Source: Utricularia gibba (lineage: Eukaryota > Plantae > Magnoliophyta). From it: DNA of 64,000 bases. The notes beneath the pieces are model-generated. The model was not told the origin of the DNA, made no database searches, and saw only the letters and a program-made list of their open reading frames with translations. The stretch's first letter is position 1; the number at the start of each line of letters is the position of its first letter. Below are positions 12,860 to 26,390 of this stretch, piece by piece. Location of the stretch: assembly GCA_002189035.1 (NCBI GenBank), contig CM007991.1:5022001-5086000 (forward strand), written 5' to 3'. Both the position numbers and the translations under genes were made by a program.

Positions 12860-13620
12860 AGAATCTTTTTGGAAAGCTATGGCTTCCTTCTATTGTGATG
12901 TAATAAAGACCAAAACTAGCAATCCAAAGTTTCGAAATTTTGAAGCATTAAGGAAGAAATGGGGAAAGTTAAACGTAGATATGGGCAGCATTTTCTGGCA
13001 TATATGACAGTATTGAATGCAGACATCTTAGCGGTCACAATAACAATGATTTAATTAACATGAGTTTGAAGCAGTACAAGGAGGTACTTCATAAACCTTT
13101 GATGTATTTGGAGGCTTGTAAGATATTTCGTGATCAACCAAAGTGGAGAACGGTAATGTTTTTTTTCTTGTATTATGTCTAACCATTAATTCTAGTAACA
13201 TATTGCTTGACATCACATACAGGATATAGACAATACAAGAAAGAATAAAAAGAAAGTGAACACAACATCAGATTCCTCATTGGTACAGTTAGCCATGGCT
13301 CCAAACATGGAAGAAAGAGAGGATTCAGAGGCTCCAGTTCGAGAGCGTCCTATTGGTCAAAAGAGTACTAAAAAATGTCTACTTCAAGGTAATCCTTCTA
13401 GAGGCATTTATGAAGAGAAAAGAACTGCAATGGAACTTTTGACTGACAAGTTAGATGGATATTGATTGGAGATGGCAAGACACAATGACCTGTTTCAGCA
13501 ACATGTATCTGTTAATAATCCACATGTTTTAGTCAACTCTGCACATGACTTCAGGCTATTGATTGATATAGATATGGCAAAAATGAATAACTTCCAAAAG
13601 AAGTTGTTTAGTAAGGCATG
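12860..13620 (+). pseudogene. PIF/Harbinger Myb/SANT-like (NAM-associated C-terminal) accessory gene remnant
   Basis: RNFEALRKKWGKLN, LEACKIFRDQPKWR and ERPIGQKSTKK match the pattern of Harbinger DNA-binding ORFs. It lies next to a Harbinger transposase. Confidence 0.65.
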
Positions 13621-14202
13621 TAGTAATCATTATCTGGTATGACTGCTCCAGGTTCTATTCTTGATGTGCCTTCATCAAACATTAAGGCTAAACCTACAAA
13701 TAAGTCTAGATTGACATCTAAGGATAACTCTCAAAAGCCACTTGTTGATTTTAGTGATGACTTATATCTTTTGTGATTTTTTCAGATTTTTAATTGTAGT
13801 TGTTTATGACTTTAATGATATTGTAGTGGGATTTGGATTGTGAACTACTATTTTTAATCATTTACATTTAATCACGCGCTACATATTTTATGATCTTCTC
13901 AAAATTTTTAATTTACATGTTTTTTAAGTATGATACTAATAAGGTTACCATAGACTTTAACCTCACCTCCTTATATGGGCATGGCTTGATAACCCAAAAG
14001 ACTTCTACCTACCATGCTTAGCAAACCTATCAAACTAGCACACTAGCTAAAATACTTCCTACCATGCTTACCACATCTACCAAAGTAGTGCACAAACCGA
14101 AAGTAGTGCACCAACCAAAAATCCTCTACCTACCACACGCACCACAATGTTTTCAATCCAAATTACCTTATACATATACCATAGGTCATAATTTCTTTCA
14201 CA

Positions 14203-14935
14203 ATGGATCCTCACAACTCTGACAATGTTTCATACCAAAATGTTCATTTCAATCCGAATGATATTCCATTCTATATGCCTAGCCATAGTGATGTTATCGG
14301 AAGTATTGTATTCGAGACAGAATGTATGAGGCATCCCAATTCGAGTGATATTCAAAAAATTTTTATGAGGAGAGGAAAGAGGATTCCTAGGCATGCTCGA
14401 AAGTATAGATTGTATGCATTGAGAGTGGAAGAATTCTCTAGTGGCTTGGAAAGGTCAATATACTTGGATATGACACTCTTTCTTTAGAACTCCTAGTTCT
14501 AATAATGATTTTAATGTATTATCCCATTCACCTTTATTCAATGATTTGCATTGAGGTGTTGTCCCTTTGGTCAAATACTTTGTAAATGGGAAGAAGTACG
14601 ACATGGGATATTATTTAGCTAATAGTATTTATCCTGAATGGCCTATTTTCATGAAAACTATCACTCTTCCACAAAATCTAAAAACAAGAATATTTGCTAC
14701 TACTCAGAAGTGCAAGAAAGGATGTAGAAAGAGCATTTGGAGTGCTTCAAGCAAGATTTGGGATCATTTACTCACTAGCTCAGGTATGGGATTATCAAAC
14801 ACTTATCAATATTATGTATGCGGCAATAACTTTTCACATCAAGATAGTGGAAGATGAAGGTGAAAGAAGTAGCCAAATCCTGGTGATTATGATCAAGTTA
14901 ATGCTGGACAACTGCCCAATCTTGTGGGACAAAAT
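14203..14935 (+). pseudogene. PIF/Harbinger transposase remnant (Plant_tran/DDE_Tnp_4-like)
   Basis: SIDCMH*EWKN, SNNDFNVL, VNGKKYDMGYYLANSIYPEW and SARKDVERAFGVLQARF. Internal deletions and frameshifts. Confidence 0.9.
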
Positions 14936-16085
14936 GTTCATGTTGTAGGAGCAGTTTTAGGACAGAAAATTGAAGGGAGACATCATGTTATTTCTTATGC
15001 CTCTAAAACCTTGGATGAAGCACAAAAAAATTATACCATCACCTAGAGGGATTTTTTACTGTGATATTTGCTTTGGAAAATTTTCGTTTCTATCTTTTAG
15101 GTAGCAAAGTGGTGGTCTACATAAACCATTCTATGGTAAAACACTTGATGCTGAAGAAGGAGACCAAACCATGGTTGATTAGATGGGTTCTCTTTGTTCA
15201 AGAGTTCGATGTTGAAATTAAAGACAGACCTAGAAGGGAGAATATAGTCGCTGACCGTCTTAGTAGGATAGACGGGATAAAGAATGATAATCCTATCATT
15301 GAAACATTTCTGGATGAACAATTATTCTTAGTTATGACTAATATTCGTGAACCATGGTTTGTTGACTTGGTAAACTTTGTTTCAGCAGGGGTGTTGCCAC
15401 CAGGAATGGATGATCACACGAAAAACAAACTAAAGAGTGATGCCAAATATTATATTTCGGATGATCCTTACCTTTGAAAGAGATGCAATGATGGTGTCAT
15501 TCGAAGGTGAGTTCATGAATTTGAGATTCCTAAGATTATCCATTCTTGGTGGCCATCATGGACCAAACCATATAGCTAGAAAAATTTTGGATTGCGGATT
15601 TTACTAGCCTCACATCATCAAAGATTGTTATGCCTATTGCAAGGGTTGTGAGCTATGCCAAAGATGGGGAAATTTATCCAATATGGATGAAATGCCTCAA
15701 CAAGGAATTTTGGTATGTGAATTATTTGATGTTTTGGGCATTGATTTTATGTGGCCATTCCCCACTTATGTAGGCTACAACTGCATTTTAGTAGCTGTTG
15801 ATTACATCTCAAAGTGGATTGAAGCCATTCCTACAATGACAGATGATGCAAAGACAGTGATTAATTTTCTGCATAAAAACATTTTTGTGTGGTATGGGAT
15901 TCCTAAGGCAATGATCAGTGATAGAGGTACATACTGTTATAATCAAGCCTTGAGGAGTATTTTGAAGCAATTCAATGTCTGGTACAAGCCATCAACAGCA
16001 TACCATCCACAAACAAATGGCCAAATGGAAGAATCAAATAGGGAGATTAAAAAGATTCTGGAATAGATAGTGAATCCGAACCCTG
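14936..16085 (+). mobile_element. Athila RNase H and integrase remnant
   Basis: GAVLGQK...HVISYASKTL, LMLKKETKPWLIRWVLFVQEFDVEIKDR, GIDFMWPF...VAVDYISKWIEAIP, ISDRGTY and YHPQTNGQMEESNREIKKILE. Confidence 0.9.
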
Positions 16086-17880
16086 ATTTCCTTTGCCATC
16101 TTCATTCCCTCTATCAAAGCCTCCTAGTCAGCAAGAATGTTAATAGCAAGGATTTGGAATTTCACAGTGAGGTAGATATGTTGTCCATCCATGGTTTTGA
16201 TGTCTACTCCATCTCTAGCCTCATTGAAAGTTGATCCATTTACATGCATAGTCCATCGCATTAGTCTCTATAAATAGATCTATTTTTCTTGTCGTCTCAA
16301 CAATGAAATCAGTGAGTAATTGAGCCTTATTCGCCATTCTTGAAGTAAATTCAATATCCATTGTACTTAGTTCCATAGCCCATTTGGCAATCCTCCTTGC
16401 TATCTTCAGATGGGATAGGATATTTTTCAAGGGTTGATTTGTAAACACCAGGATATGCTGATCTTGGAATTATGATCTCAAATTTGTAGCTGCCATTTTT
16501 AAAGCCAAACTGTTAGTCATCGAATACCGAGTTTGTGTTGGCAAAAGAACATTGCTCAGATAGTATACCAGCACATGTTTTCTCCCGATATGTTTAGCAA
16601 AACTCCATTGATTGCACCAGGAGTTATTGATAGGTATAGCCCGAGTGGTTCTTCATCTTTGGGAGCTACAAGGAGTAATCGTGATGAGAGATACTCCTTT
16701 AGTTTTTCAAAAGTGATTCGGCAATCATCATTCCACTGCAACATGTTCCCTTTATGGAGGACTTTGAAGAAAGATGTCGACTTGTCAATCGATCTAGATA
16801 TAAATTGGCTAACAGTTGCTAGCTTTCCTTTAAGGCTTTGGAATTCCTTAACTGTCTTTGGGGGTTGCATTTTGCAGATTGCGTTTGTTTTCTCATGTGT
16901 GCTTTAATTCCTCTTCATAAAATGTGATGGCCAAGGAATTTTTTTCATGTTACACAAAAGTAGCATTTTCATGTGATTGACATAAAGAAAAGATATACAT
17001 GCATCCAAATAAGCTATACGATCCTCTTCATTCATGAATTTGGCGATCACATCATCCACATACACTATCATAGATTTCCCGATTCCACAAGAAAAGATTT
17101 GCCCTAACGTTCTTCATAATGAATGGCATAAAAACATAGTTGTAAACCCATCCTTGGTATAGAAGGCCGTCTTAGACTCATCTTTTTGGTCCACAAAATT
17201 TGATGATATCTGAAATAGGCATCCATTGGGATCTTGATTTTTTGTCGACTAGCGTACCAAATTTCAAGAGAGGATACAAATCCCTTTTTCAATAGGTATT
17301 CAGGTCGGTGAAATCCACACACATTCTCCATTTTCCTTTTGGTTTTGGGAAGGAGACAGGGTTGGCCACCCACTCTGAATATTGGATCTCTTGCACATAT
17401 CCAGTGTCCGATAGCTCCTACTTTTTTTCCTTGGTGATTCGACATTTTTCTTCCAAAGAATACTCTACTTTTGTTGACCCAGTCTAGCTCCGGGATAGGT
17501 GTTGATGTGATGTTCCATGATGGAGTGCTAATTCCTATGAAATCTGCTAGAGTCAAAGAGAAAATGTCAAGTATTCCATTTAACCAATTAGGACAACTTT
17601 GTTTCACTTTCGGTATCACAACCTGCATCGATTTAAGTTATTTTATGTGGGTCCTTGGGGAAATGCTGTAGTTCTTTACACCTCACTGGTTCCATAGTTT
17701 GCTTGCAAGGGGTTCTTGGGCATCTTCTCCACCACCGTGACTTTCAGTTTCTTGATGCGCTAATCTTCCCATTACGACACATAATAGGATTGGGTCATCA
17801 CAAATGTCAATATCCAAGGTGCAAATTCCCTTAGGGGTTGGAAACTTGATCTTGAGGTGTACCGTTTAGGGTATCATACT
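16086..17880 (-). mobile_element. Tat/Retand-type Ty3/gypsy pol remnant (post-protease linker, RT, RNase H)
   Basis: TVHLKIKFPTPKG, KWRMCVDFTDLN, PPKTVKEFQSLKGKLATVSQFISR and RRIAKWAMELSTMDIEF...KAQLLTDFIVE. Confidence 0.85.
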
Positions 17881-18560
17881 GATAAGGCATTTTGCATCAT
17901 TTATATTTGAGCATTTTAGGACATACCTGGTTTGGTTTTGCATCTTTTTTATCTCACTTTCTCTATATTTTTAGATGAACTTGATATTTTTCATATTACT
18001 TGAATTTTTTTGGAGTGAAAGTGTGTTTTGTGACTTTTTCAAGATAATTTTGGCCTAATTTAGAGGAAATTTGAGCTAACCTTGGTGAATGCAAATATTT
18101 GGCCTATCCAAATGAAGAATCTGTCAAAGATTCTCAAATAAGGTAAGATTTGTATCTTATCTTGGAAAATTTGGATCTTACTCTGGATGATTTGTATATC
18201 ATCTTAGAGGATTTAGATAGAAGATTAAACTGAGCCCATCAAGAAAGCCCACCAAATCCCCCACATTATATAAAGACAAAAGCCCAAAGATCAAAGTCAT
18301 TGAGTCAATCTAGGATTCTAGAGATGAGTCCTTCATATTTGAATTGATTTCATGTCATTTTTCATTATTTTTTGTGTGTTAGAGTCGAGCGTACATATGT
18401 GAGCACTTATGGCTAATGATCTGTAGTGAAGCAGTGCATGCGTAAAGTATGCCTATTTAACTATTTTACTATGTTTTTCGACATTTAATTTGAGAATTGA
18501 TTCTATTTATTGCAACATTATCTTTACCAACGTTTTCGTTAGTACTACATAACCCTAAAG
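17880..18560 (+). mobile_element. LTR fragment, family C (starts TGATAAG)
   Basis: LTR-like start and TATA-like TTATATAAAG at ~18266. Repeated at 24685-25005 and partly at ~7000-7190. Right end approximate. Confidence 0.55.
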
Positions 18561-18689
18561 GAGTGTGAAAGAATCAAAGGTTGGCCTCAAGAACTTTAGG
18601 AGAAAGGCTCAATCGAACATCGTTGGTACGACACATTCTCTCTAATATGTCCCTAAGGTGTGTGGTGTAACAGTTAGATTTAGGTGTGG

Positions 18690-19978
18690 CGAAAACATGG
18701 GTTATTTTTAGTTTTCTCATAGTTATCGCATGTCTTGAAATATGATATACATCAGATAAGATGATTCTTAAAATACCTTTCAGTGCACTGCGTTGTTCAC
18801 CAACCGCAGACACAAAATGGCTTGTATGGTATCCACACGTGAAGCACTCCGTCGATAATGTCAAGGGCACAGAATGTTGATCAATCTCCTCAGGTGCTAG
18901 TAAAGAAAGTCGCCCCTTTTAGATGAATCTTAGAAAGAATTAAGATATGGAGATATCTCTGGATCGAATCTTTCTGATAGATATTTGGTAACATATCTAA
19001 TAAAATATCCGTAAAATCTTATTTTGTGGAGATATGTATATGTTCCAAATCTTATATATATCATATCTTTTATTTTGAGTTTAATCAATATTAACCTCAA
19101 AATAACTCTCTATTTAATTTATCCACTATTGTGTGTGACCCTATGGCCTCTTAAATCAAGGTTGGATTTATTAATTAACTCTTAATTAATTAAATCCATC
19201 ATTATCGATCATGAATGATGTCTAGCAAGTTATGATGATCTCAAAGATAAAAGAATAATTAGGTGAACTGATTGAGCCTTTCCATGACTAACCACCATGC
19301 ATTGAACAACTTTCGTCATACTTAGATCTCATTCGATACCCTAGGCCTAGAACTTACTGTTAGGCATTAATGTAATTTAGGTAAGATCCCATAGCTAAAC
19401 GAGTGATGAATCCTTTATTGATCAATCAACTATCTCCAACCTTAAGGAGTCACATCCCTTCTCATCCATACTAGACAAGCCATGGTTAGGCTCTTATTAG
19501 TAACGAGCGAAAAAGCAAGCTTAAGGTCGCGATAACTTTGTTGACCTCAAGTGTAAGCTTGCTTGCATGGCTGTCATATTCAAGATCTTGCTACTGATAC
19601 TTGGTTAGCTTCCCATAGTATCATCTCGAAGATGAGTCATCTAATGAATCGATTCTCTAATCGACACCCACCCATACATTCTAGTAATCTCATTACATCA
19701 ATTGTGAGAACCATTGCCTAAATAGTTTAGGGATCTCAATGTGTGCCAGTTTTTCCTTATTTGTGATATCCTCATTTCAGAAATACTCTAACCAGGGAAT
19801 TTTTAACATGAACATAATTCTTGAAGAATCTTACATTATGATCTTGTTATAATTTATATACCACATAGATCAAGTAGAGGATTTTATTAATGATATAAAC
19901 TTGATCACACTTCAAAGTAAATATCAAAAGATAAAATTTGCCAATGAGTTAATTGTCTCTAGAACACATACACCAACA
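18690..19978 (-). mobile_element. Angela-like copia LTR, family D-related (diverged)
   Basis: Starts TGTTGGTGTATGTGTTCTAGAGAC on the - strand at 19978 and aligns with 20279-21780. Left end approximate; no TSD found. Confidence 0.75.
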
Positions 19979-20278
19979 GTTATCACAAGAGATCAAGTGG
20001 CTCTAGTGGCATGGTTGATTCTATATTATCACTAAACGAGGGATGACACTATAATGTTAACGAGTAGCACTACTTTTGAATAACACCCCAGAACTAGCAT
20101 AAGCAAGTTAGTTCTGAAGGTTTATACATACACACATGGGCGAGTTTGAAGCAATGTGGTTCCTAGATCCGAATATTCGAAGATGAAATGGCTCTGATGG
20201 CGTGGTTGATTCTAAATCCCAAATAGCGGATGGGAAGAGATGCTAAGATACCAACCAAACAAGGCAACTAGATCAACG

Positions 20279-21780
20279 TGTTGGTGTATGTGTTCTAGAA
20301 ACAATCAATTCATTGGAAAATCTTATCCTTTGATGTTTACCTTGAATTGTGATCAAGTTTACATCATTGATAAAAAATCCTTTACTTGATCTATGTGCTA
20401 TAGAAATTATGATAAGATCATAATGTGAGATTCTACAAGCATTTATATTCAAGTTAAAAAACTCCCCGGCTAGAGTGTTTGTGAAATGAGGATATCACAA
20501 ATACAAATAAGCTAGCATACATTGAGTTCCTTAAACTGTTTAGACAATGGTTCTCACAATTGATATAATGAGATTACTAGAACCTATGTGTAGGTGTTGA
20601 TTAGAGAATCGATTCAGTGGATGACTCATCTTCGAGATGCTACTATGGGAAGCTAACCAACTGTCATTAGCAAGATCTCGAATATGACACCCGTGCAAGT
20701 AAGCTTAGACTTGAGGTCAACAAAGTTATCTTGATCTTAAGCTCATATTTTTGCTCATTACTAATGGGATCCTAGCCATGGCTTGCCTAGTATGGATGAG
20801 TAGGGATGTGACTCCTTAAGGTGGAGATAGTTGATTGATTAATAAAGGATTCATCACTCATTTTAGCGATGAGACCATATCTCAAGTAATTGCATCAAAG
20901 CCTAACAGTAAGTCCTGGGCCCAGGGTAATGACACTCGAATTGTTTGAGTAGTTCATTGAGTGTTAGTGCTTGAATGTAATTATAAGTTCGATACATCAG
21001 AAAGACACACACCCATGTTCTGGTACCAAATGAGATATAAGTATGGTGAAAGCTGTTCATTGCATGGTGGCTGGTCATGGAAAGGCTCAATCAGTTCACC
21101 TGATTATTCTTTAATCTTGGGGATCGTGATATGTTGCTAGACATCACTCATGATCGATAATGATGGATTTGATTGATTAAGAGTTAATTAATAAATCTAT
21201 TATTACGGCCTTGATTGAAGAAGCCTATAGGGTCACATACAATAGTGGAGTCACTCATCGATATAAAATAGAATGACATAATTACATGAGATATAATTGG
21301 TAAAGTGGATAAATTAAATATAGAGCTATTTTGAGATTAATATTGATTAAATTTAAAATAAAAGATCTCATATAGATATGATTTGGAACATATACATGTC
21401 TTCACAAGACAAGATCTTTATGGAGATATGATTTGATATGTCACAAAATATCTATAAAAAAGATTTTGATCTTGAGATCTGCTCCAAGGTCTTTGTGCTC
21501 TCTTAGACTGATCCACAAGGAGGCGTTTTTCTCTACTAGCACCCGAGGAATTCGACCAGCATTCAAGAGCCTTGATAAGGTTATCGACAGAGTGCTACAC
21601 ATGTGGATACCATAGAGGATGTCTGCTATTGGCAGTTGGTGAACAACAGAGTCATCTGAAAGGTATTTTGAACATCCCTTCGTCTGATGTATACCGTATT
21701 CCAAGATCTGCATTTGGGGTTTCTCAAAATTTAAAATTATGCTGCTTTTGAGACATACGATGTCTACAAGAAACCCAACA
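20279..21780 (+). mobile_element. Solo LTR, family D (Angela-like Ty1/copia), 1502 bp
   Basis: TGTTGG...CCCAACA termini and perfect TSD CAACG (20274-20278 and 21781-21785). Its 3' part is homologous to the LTR piece adjoining copia gag at 25030-25830. Confidence 0.92.
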
Positions 21781-21789
21781 CAACGTTGT

Positions 21790-23175
21790 TGGAAATGGAA
21801 GAGGAACAAGTATAGACATGTCTTTTGCTCATGGTGTTCATGTAGGCTCATATCAAAGGCGTATTGATGAATCTGATCAAGAGCATATGCGAGAATGAAC
21901 AGCAGCAAGGCTGAGATCGAATTTAGGTGTGGAACTTCTTTAAGGAGGATGCATAGGTGCGTTATCAAACCCTTGAAGAAGCAGTGGGCCGCTGAAACAT
22001 GGTCTTGGAATGCATAGGCATGCAGAAGTTAATGAACAGGAGTGGCAAGAGAACAGAGCTTTTGAGTCTAACCAACATGCGGGGCAAAATTGCAACCCAC
22101 AAACACCAATGTGGGGGTAGACTCTCCTTCGAGGTTGGAAGGAGAAGATTGCTAGAAGTATCATGGAGCAAACCAACATAATAATCGAGATCCTCATTAT
22201 GAGGAGGCATATGAATTCACGGAAGATTATGAAGAGGAAACCCATGAAAGGCAAAGGTGGATACATAGGAGGAATACACGTGCTAATGAACCACCTAGGG
22301 AAGATGAAGGACCAGAACCAACACATAGGGAACCGACTGCACAAGGTAGGAATCATGATGTAGGAAGAGATAGGTACGCTTACAGGGAGCAGAATGCTAA
22401 TATACTTGTTGATCCTTGGGATGATGTTCCTTTAGATTATAATTTTCGACACACAAGAAAGCCTGGTCCAATTGCAACACCAGCCATTAACCTACAAAGA
22501 TTCCAACTTCTCACTGTGGTACAAGAAAGCCCATTATGTGGAGATCCTAGTGAGGATCTTGATGAGCATAGTGTGATTTTCTCATGTATTGTTGACATGA
22601 TGGTGGAACGAGGAGTCTATAATGATGCAATAAGGTTACTTTTATTTCCACTTTCATTATGGTGATTGGATAGGAGATGGTTGGACTCTCTACCACACAA
22701 CTCTATTTTCACTTTAGAGGAATTGGAGGATGCATTTTTGAATAAATATTTTAAAGCTTTAGCGACAAGAAGAGGGATGTAGAGTACAACAGCAAAAGCT
22801 CCTACGCAAGTAGACAAGTTGTTAGATGTTCGAGTGTATGTATCTCCTTCCTCTTATAACCCTCTAATAAAATATCAGCAGACACATGACAAATGATCAG
22901 TGGATCAATAATATTCCAAGTTTTTAGAGATGCTGAAAACGCCTTATATCAATATCTCTTTCACTTATGTGATGTTGGAAATGCCCACTTATGCGAAATT
23001 CTTAAAGGATATTCTGGCTAACCGAAGGAAGATTGAGAATGATGCTGTTATGGAATTGTCAAAGCAATGTAGCATGGATCTAAAGTGTGGGTTGATTCAA
23101 AAGCATGCTGATCTTGAAATTTATTGAGTCCCTTGCATCATTGGAAGAAGCAATTTTGAGAAGTGCTTATGTGAT
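21790..23175 (+). mobile_element. Athila leader, gag and pre-protease remnant
   Basis: VQESPLCGDPSEDLDEH...DAIRLLLFPLSL...WLDSLPHNSI and MPTYAKFLKDILANRRK...VPCIIG...KCLCD, cut at 23175. Confidence 0.75.
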
Positions 23176-24268
23176 TGATTAAAAAAAATTATTTAAGTCG
23201 TTGCAAAAGAGGAAATCTTTATATCAAAAAAATTTATAATCCTTAACCTACAAAAATTACAAATTCATTCATCATATTTTCGGCTAAACTAGTCCTCTAT
23301 ATCATCACCAAACTTGCAATTAGGTCTACCTGCATGCAAAGCATATAAAACTAGGTCTACCCGATTCTACTGGTTCTACCCCGGACTAACACCTACTACT
23401 CCCATCTTGATTTGTTGGTCTACCTCTAAATCAAGCATCTTAGTTGTGAAGCTACTTGTTCCCCTCCTTAGGTCTACCCATGGCTTGATAAAAACAAGAG
23501 CTAAGGGACAATAGTGAATTTTATTAAGACTTCTAGACCCATACCACTATGCTTCACCTTAAGGCACTCCAAGGGTTTAGCTACTCATGCTTTGAAGGTA
23601 AAATGTAATGGCATTAACATAAAACAATGAAAACGTCAAGAATATTGTGCAGAAGTTGGGTGCAAAAGCTAAAAACATCAACAAACTAAAATAAAGCAGT
23701 AAAAAGTCTGGTTTCCGTCTGCTACTGTTCCTAGACCGGAACAGTAGCACTGAACTAGGTCTTGATCTTCTTCCTTCAAGTTGGAGGTTCTTCTCCAAAA
23801 AAATCGCCTTCTTCCTCCTTCTTCTTCAGTATTCTTCTGTGTTCATGTTGGGGGAGAAACCCCTCGTGTGTATTCTCAAATTTCTGGTTGTCTCTCCTTT
23901 TTTTGCGACTCTCTCTCCTCATCTTTCTCTTGCCTCTCATTGCCTAAGGCAAGTACATTCTCTGGCAGATCTGCTGCTCCTAGCCCTGAATTGCAGACTG
24001 TCGCCGTGACTATGTACTCATTGCCTCTTGCAGCCTGGTGACTTGCACGAAATCCAGATTTTTCCTTGATTCTTGGGTTGCTGCTAGACTTCAAAATCGG
24101 GTTAGACATGGGGTGGGTTAAATCAAAGGATTTAGCCCACTAATCACACCAAAAATTACATTTTCCTAAATTACATAAAAACACTTAAAAATATAAAATA
24201 AACACTTAAACATAATTAAAAATTTATGATTTTCATATCCTAAAAACATGAAAATTTGTGTGCTATCA
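23176..24268 (-). mobile_element. LTR related to family A (diverged)
   Basis: Starts TGATAGCACAC and ends ...TTTTAATCA on the - strand, resembling family A termini. No TSD. Confidence 0.55.
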
Positions 24269-24399
24269 ACAAGCATGACATAATTGTTTGATGGATGCTC
24301 ACCCCTTATTAACCATAATATGGAGCCTCTAGCTGAATTTCCCACTTGTCCCAAGCTCTTGCCATGTTACAACCGAAGAAAAAAGACCTGATGATTGCA

Positions 24400-24590
24400 C
24401 AAGCTTGCTTGAACAAGTGGATCACTTGCACAAGTTCACTAACTCGCCAACATTCAAGTATTGAGCAACCTTTTTTCATTTTACCCTCATCTTATGGATT
24501 TCTTTTCTTGAGTATATTGAGTGACACTTGTAAGAACTAGTTACGTGGAAGAGGAGCTAGTGAATGGTGTGCTATTGGATAAGATATGCA
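24400..24590 (+). mobile_element. Athila 3' non-coding fragment
   Basis: Aligns with the reverse complement of ~60410-60600 (CTAACTCGCC.ACATTCA.GTATTGAGC...TTTTACCCTC.TCTTATGGATTT). Confidence 0.75.
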
Positions 24591-24609
24591 TATTAATAGT
24601 CGTCGTCTA

Positions 24610-25005
24610 GTCAATATCCAAGATGTAGAATCCTGTAGGGGTTGGAAACTTGATCTTAGGGTGCACCATTGAGAGGATCGTACAGATAAGTGATCTTGGG
24701 TTGGTTTTGAATCTTATTTATCTCACTTCCTCTATATTTTTAGATGAACTTTATATTTTTCATATTACTTTGATCTTTTTGGAGCGAAAATGTGTTTTGT
24801 GACTTTGAAAGATAATTTTGACCTATCCAAATGAAGAATTAGTCAAAGATTCTCAAATAAAATAAGATTTGTATCTTATCTTTAAAGATTTAGATCTTGC
24901 CCTGGAAGATTTGTATATCATCTTAGAGGATTCAGATAGAAGATATGAATGAGCCAATCAAGAAAGCTCACCAAGTCCCCATCATTATATAAAGACAAGA
25001 GCCTG
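24610..25005 (+). repeat. Diverged direct copy of 17806-18290 (Tat pol / LTR-C junction)
   Basis: Shares GTCAATATCCAAG...AGGGGTTGGAAACTTGATCTT and the following LTR-C sequence, with internal deletions. Confidence 0.85.
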
Positions 25006-25029
25006 ACTGGAGAACAGTTTAATCCATCT

Positions 25030-25830
25030 TCTTCATTTGATAGTTCATCACAAACTTGAATAGCCATCGGGTAGTGAGGTAAGGATTAAATCAATACTCA
25101 AGTCCTTATCCAGCACAAAACCTAGAGTGGACAACTTTTCAATGTAACATGAGCACCGCGATGCACCAATGAACTTCCTTCTGCCCAATGACATGAACAT
25201 CAACATCACCAATAAATCATCAAATATCTCATGTACTGATAAGCACAAAACAGCCATGTAATCATGCACATATGATTAAAATTCGTGCAACTTATCATGC
25301 CCCATGACTACACACGAATCCATCAATATGATTTGCAAATACACAAAATTCATAATTCTCTAAGGCATGAATCAGCCATACGATTCATAATTGAAAAAGT
25401 GAATCATGCATCAAATTTCGTGCATCATAAGGCAGTACGACAATCCAACATATTCATCACATGCTTTTACGATGATCACCAGCAAGGCGACATACGAGAA
25501 CATCTCATAAAATCAGCATAATTTTAAAATTTTCAAGAAACCAAGATTGTAAATCTTAGAATACAGTATATATTAGATAAAGTGATATTGAAAATACCTT
25601 TTAGTGGACTCTGTTGTTTGCCAACTGTCAACAGTAGATGACATCAATGGTATCCACATGTGAAGCTCTTTGTCAATAACCTTCTCAAGAACATAGAATG
25701 ATGGTCGATCTCCTTAGATGCTAGTGGAGAAAGTCGCCCCTTCTAGATAAATCTCAGAGAGAATGAAGATATGAAAATATCGGAAAATTGAATCTTCCAT
25801 ATTATCATACATAGATATATTACTAAGTTG
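25030..25830 (-). mobile_element. Angela-like Ty1/copia fragment: LTR 3' part, leader, gag
   Basis: YIEKLSTLGFVLDKDLSIDLILTSLPDGYSSL (copia gag/UBN2-like). 25590-25800 is homologous to family D LTRs. Confidence 0.8.
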
Positions 25831-25899
25831 ATTGTATCTAAAACACATACACTAACTACCTCTACAAATCATGTGTGAAATTTTTAATACATAGGGCAT

Positions 25900-26390
25900 C
25901 AATTTTTTAAGACCCTTTCCTCCAAAAGGAAACTCTACATTCTACTTGTTGTGCATTATATCTCCAAATGGGTGAAACCATAGATTGTGAGAGAGATAAT
26001 GTAAAAATCATGGGGTATTTCTTGACCACCATCTTATTTTCATAGTTTTTTCATTCAAAAATTATATCTGATTGTGGTGCTCATTTCATGAATTGTGCCA
26101 TAAAAAATGCACTCACCAAGTATGCAGTCAATCATCGCCTCTCTACAACTTGACATCCTCAAACATATGGCATGATGGAGATATCTAATTGAGAAGTGAA
26201 GAGGACATTGGAGTGGAAAGCGAACACAAATAGGCAAGATTAGAACGTAAGACTGAATAATGCATTATGGGCATACTACACCACTTACCAGAATCCCATT
26301 GAGATGTATCCATACCACATGATTTATGGTAAGACTTGTGATCTTCCCGTTGAACTTCATCACAGGGCATATTAGGCCGATTTTCATGTC
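25900..26390 (+). mobile_element. Athila integrase core remnant
   Basis: ISKWV, ISDCGAHF, HPQTYGMMEISN*EVKRTLE, ALWAY and PYHMIYGKTCDLPVELHHRAY, with many stops. Confidence 0.8.

Noticed and set aside
21940-22363. Cluster of ORFs on both strands with biased composition
   Set aside because: Purine-rich Athila leader/gag N-terminal sequence, with no independent domain.
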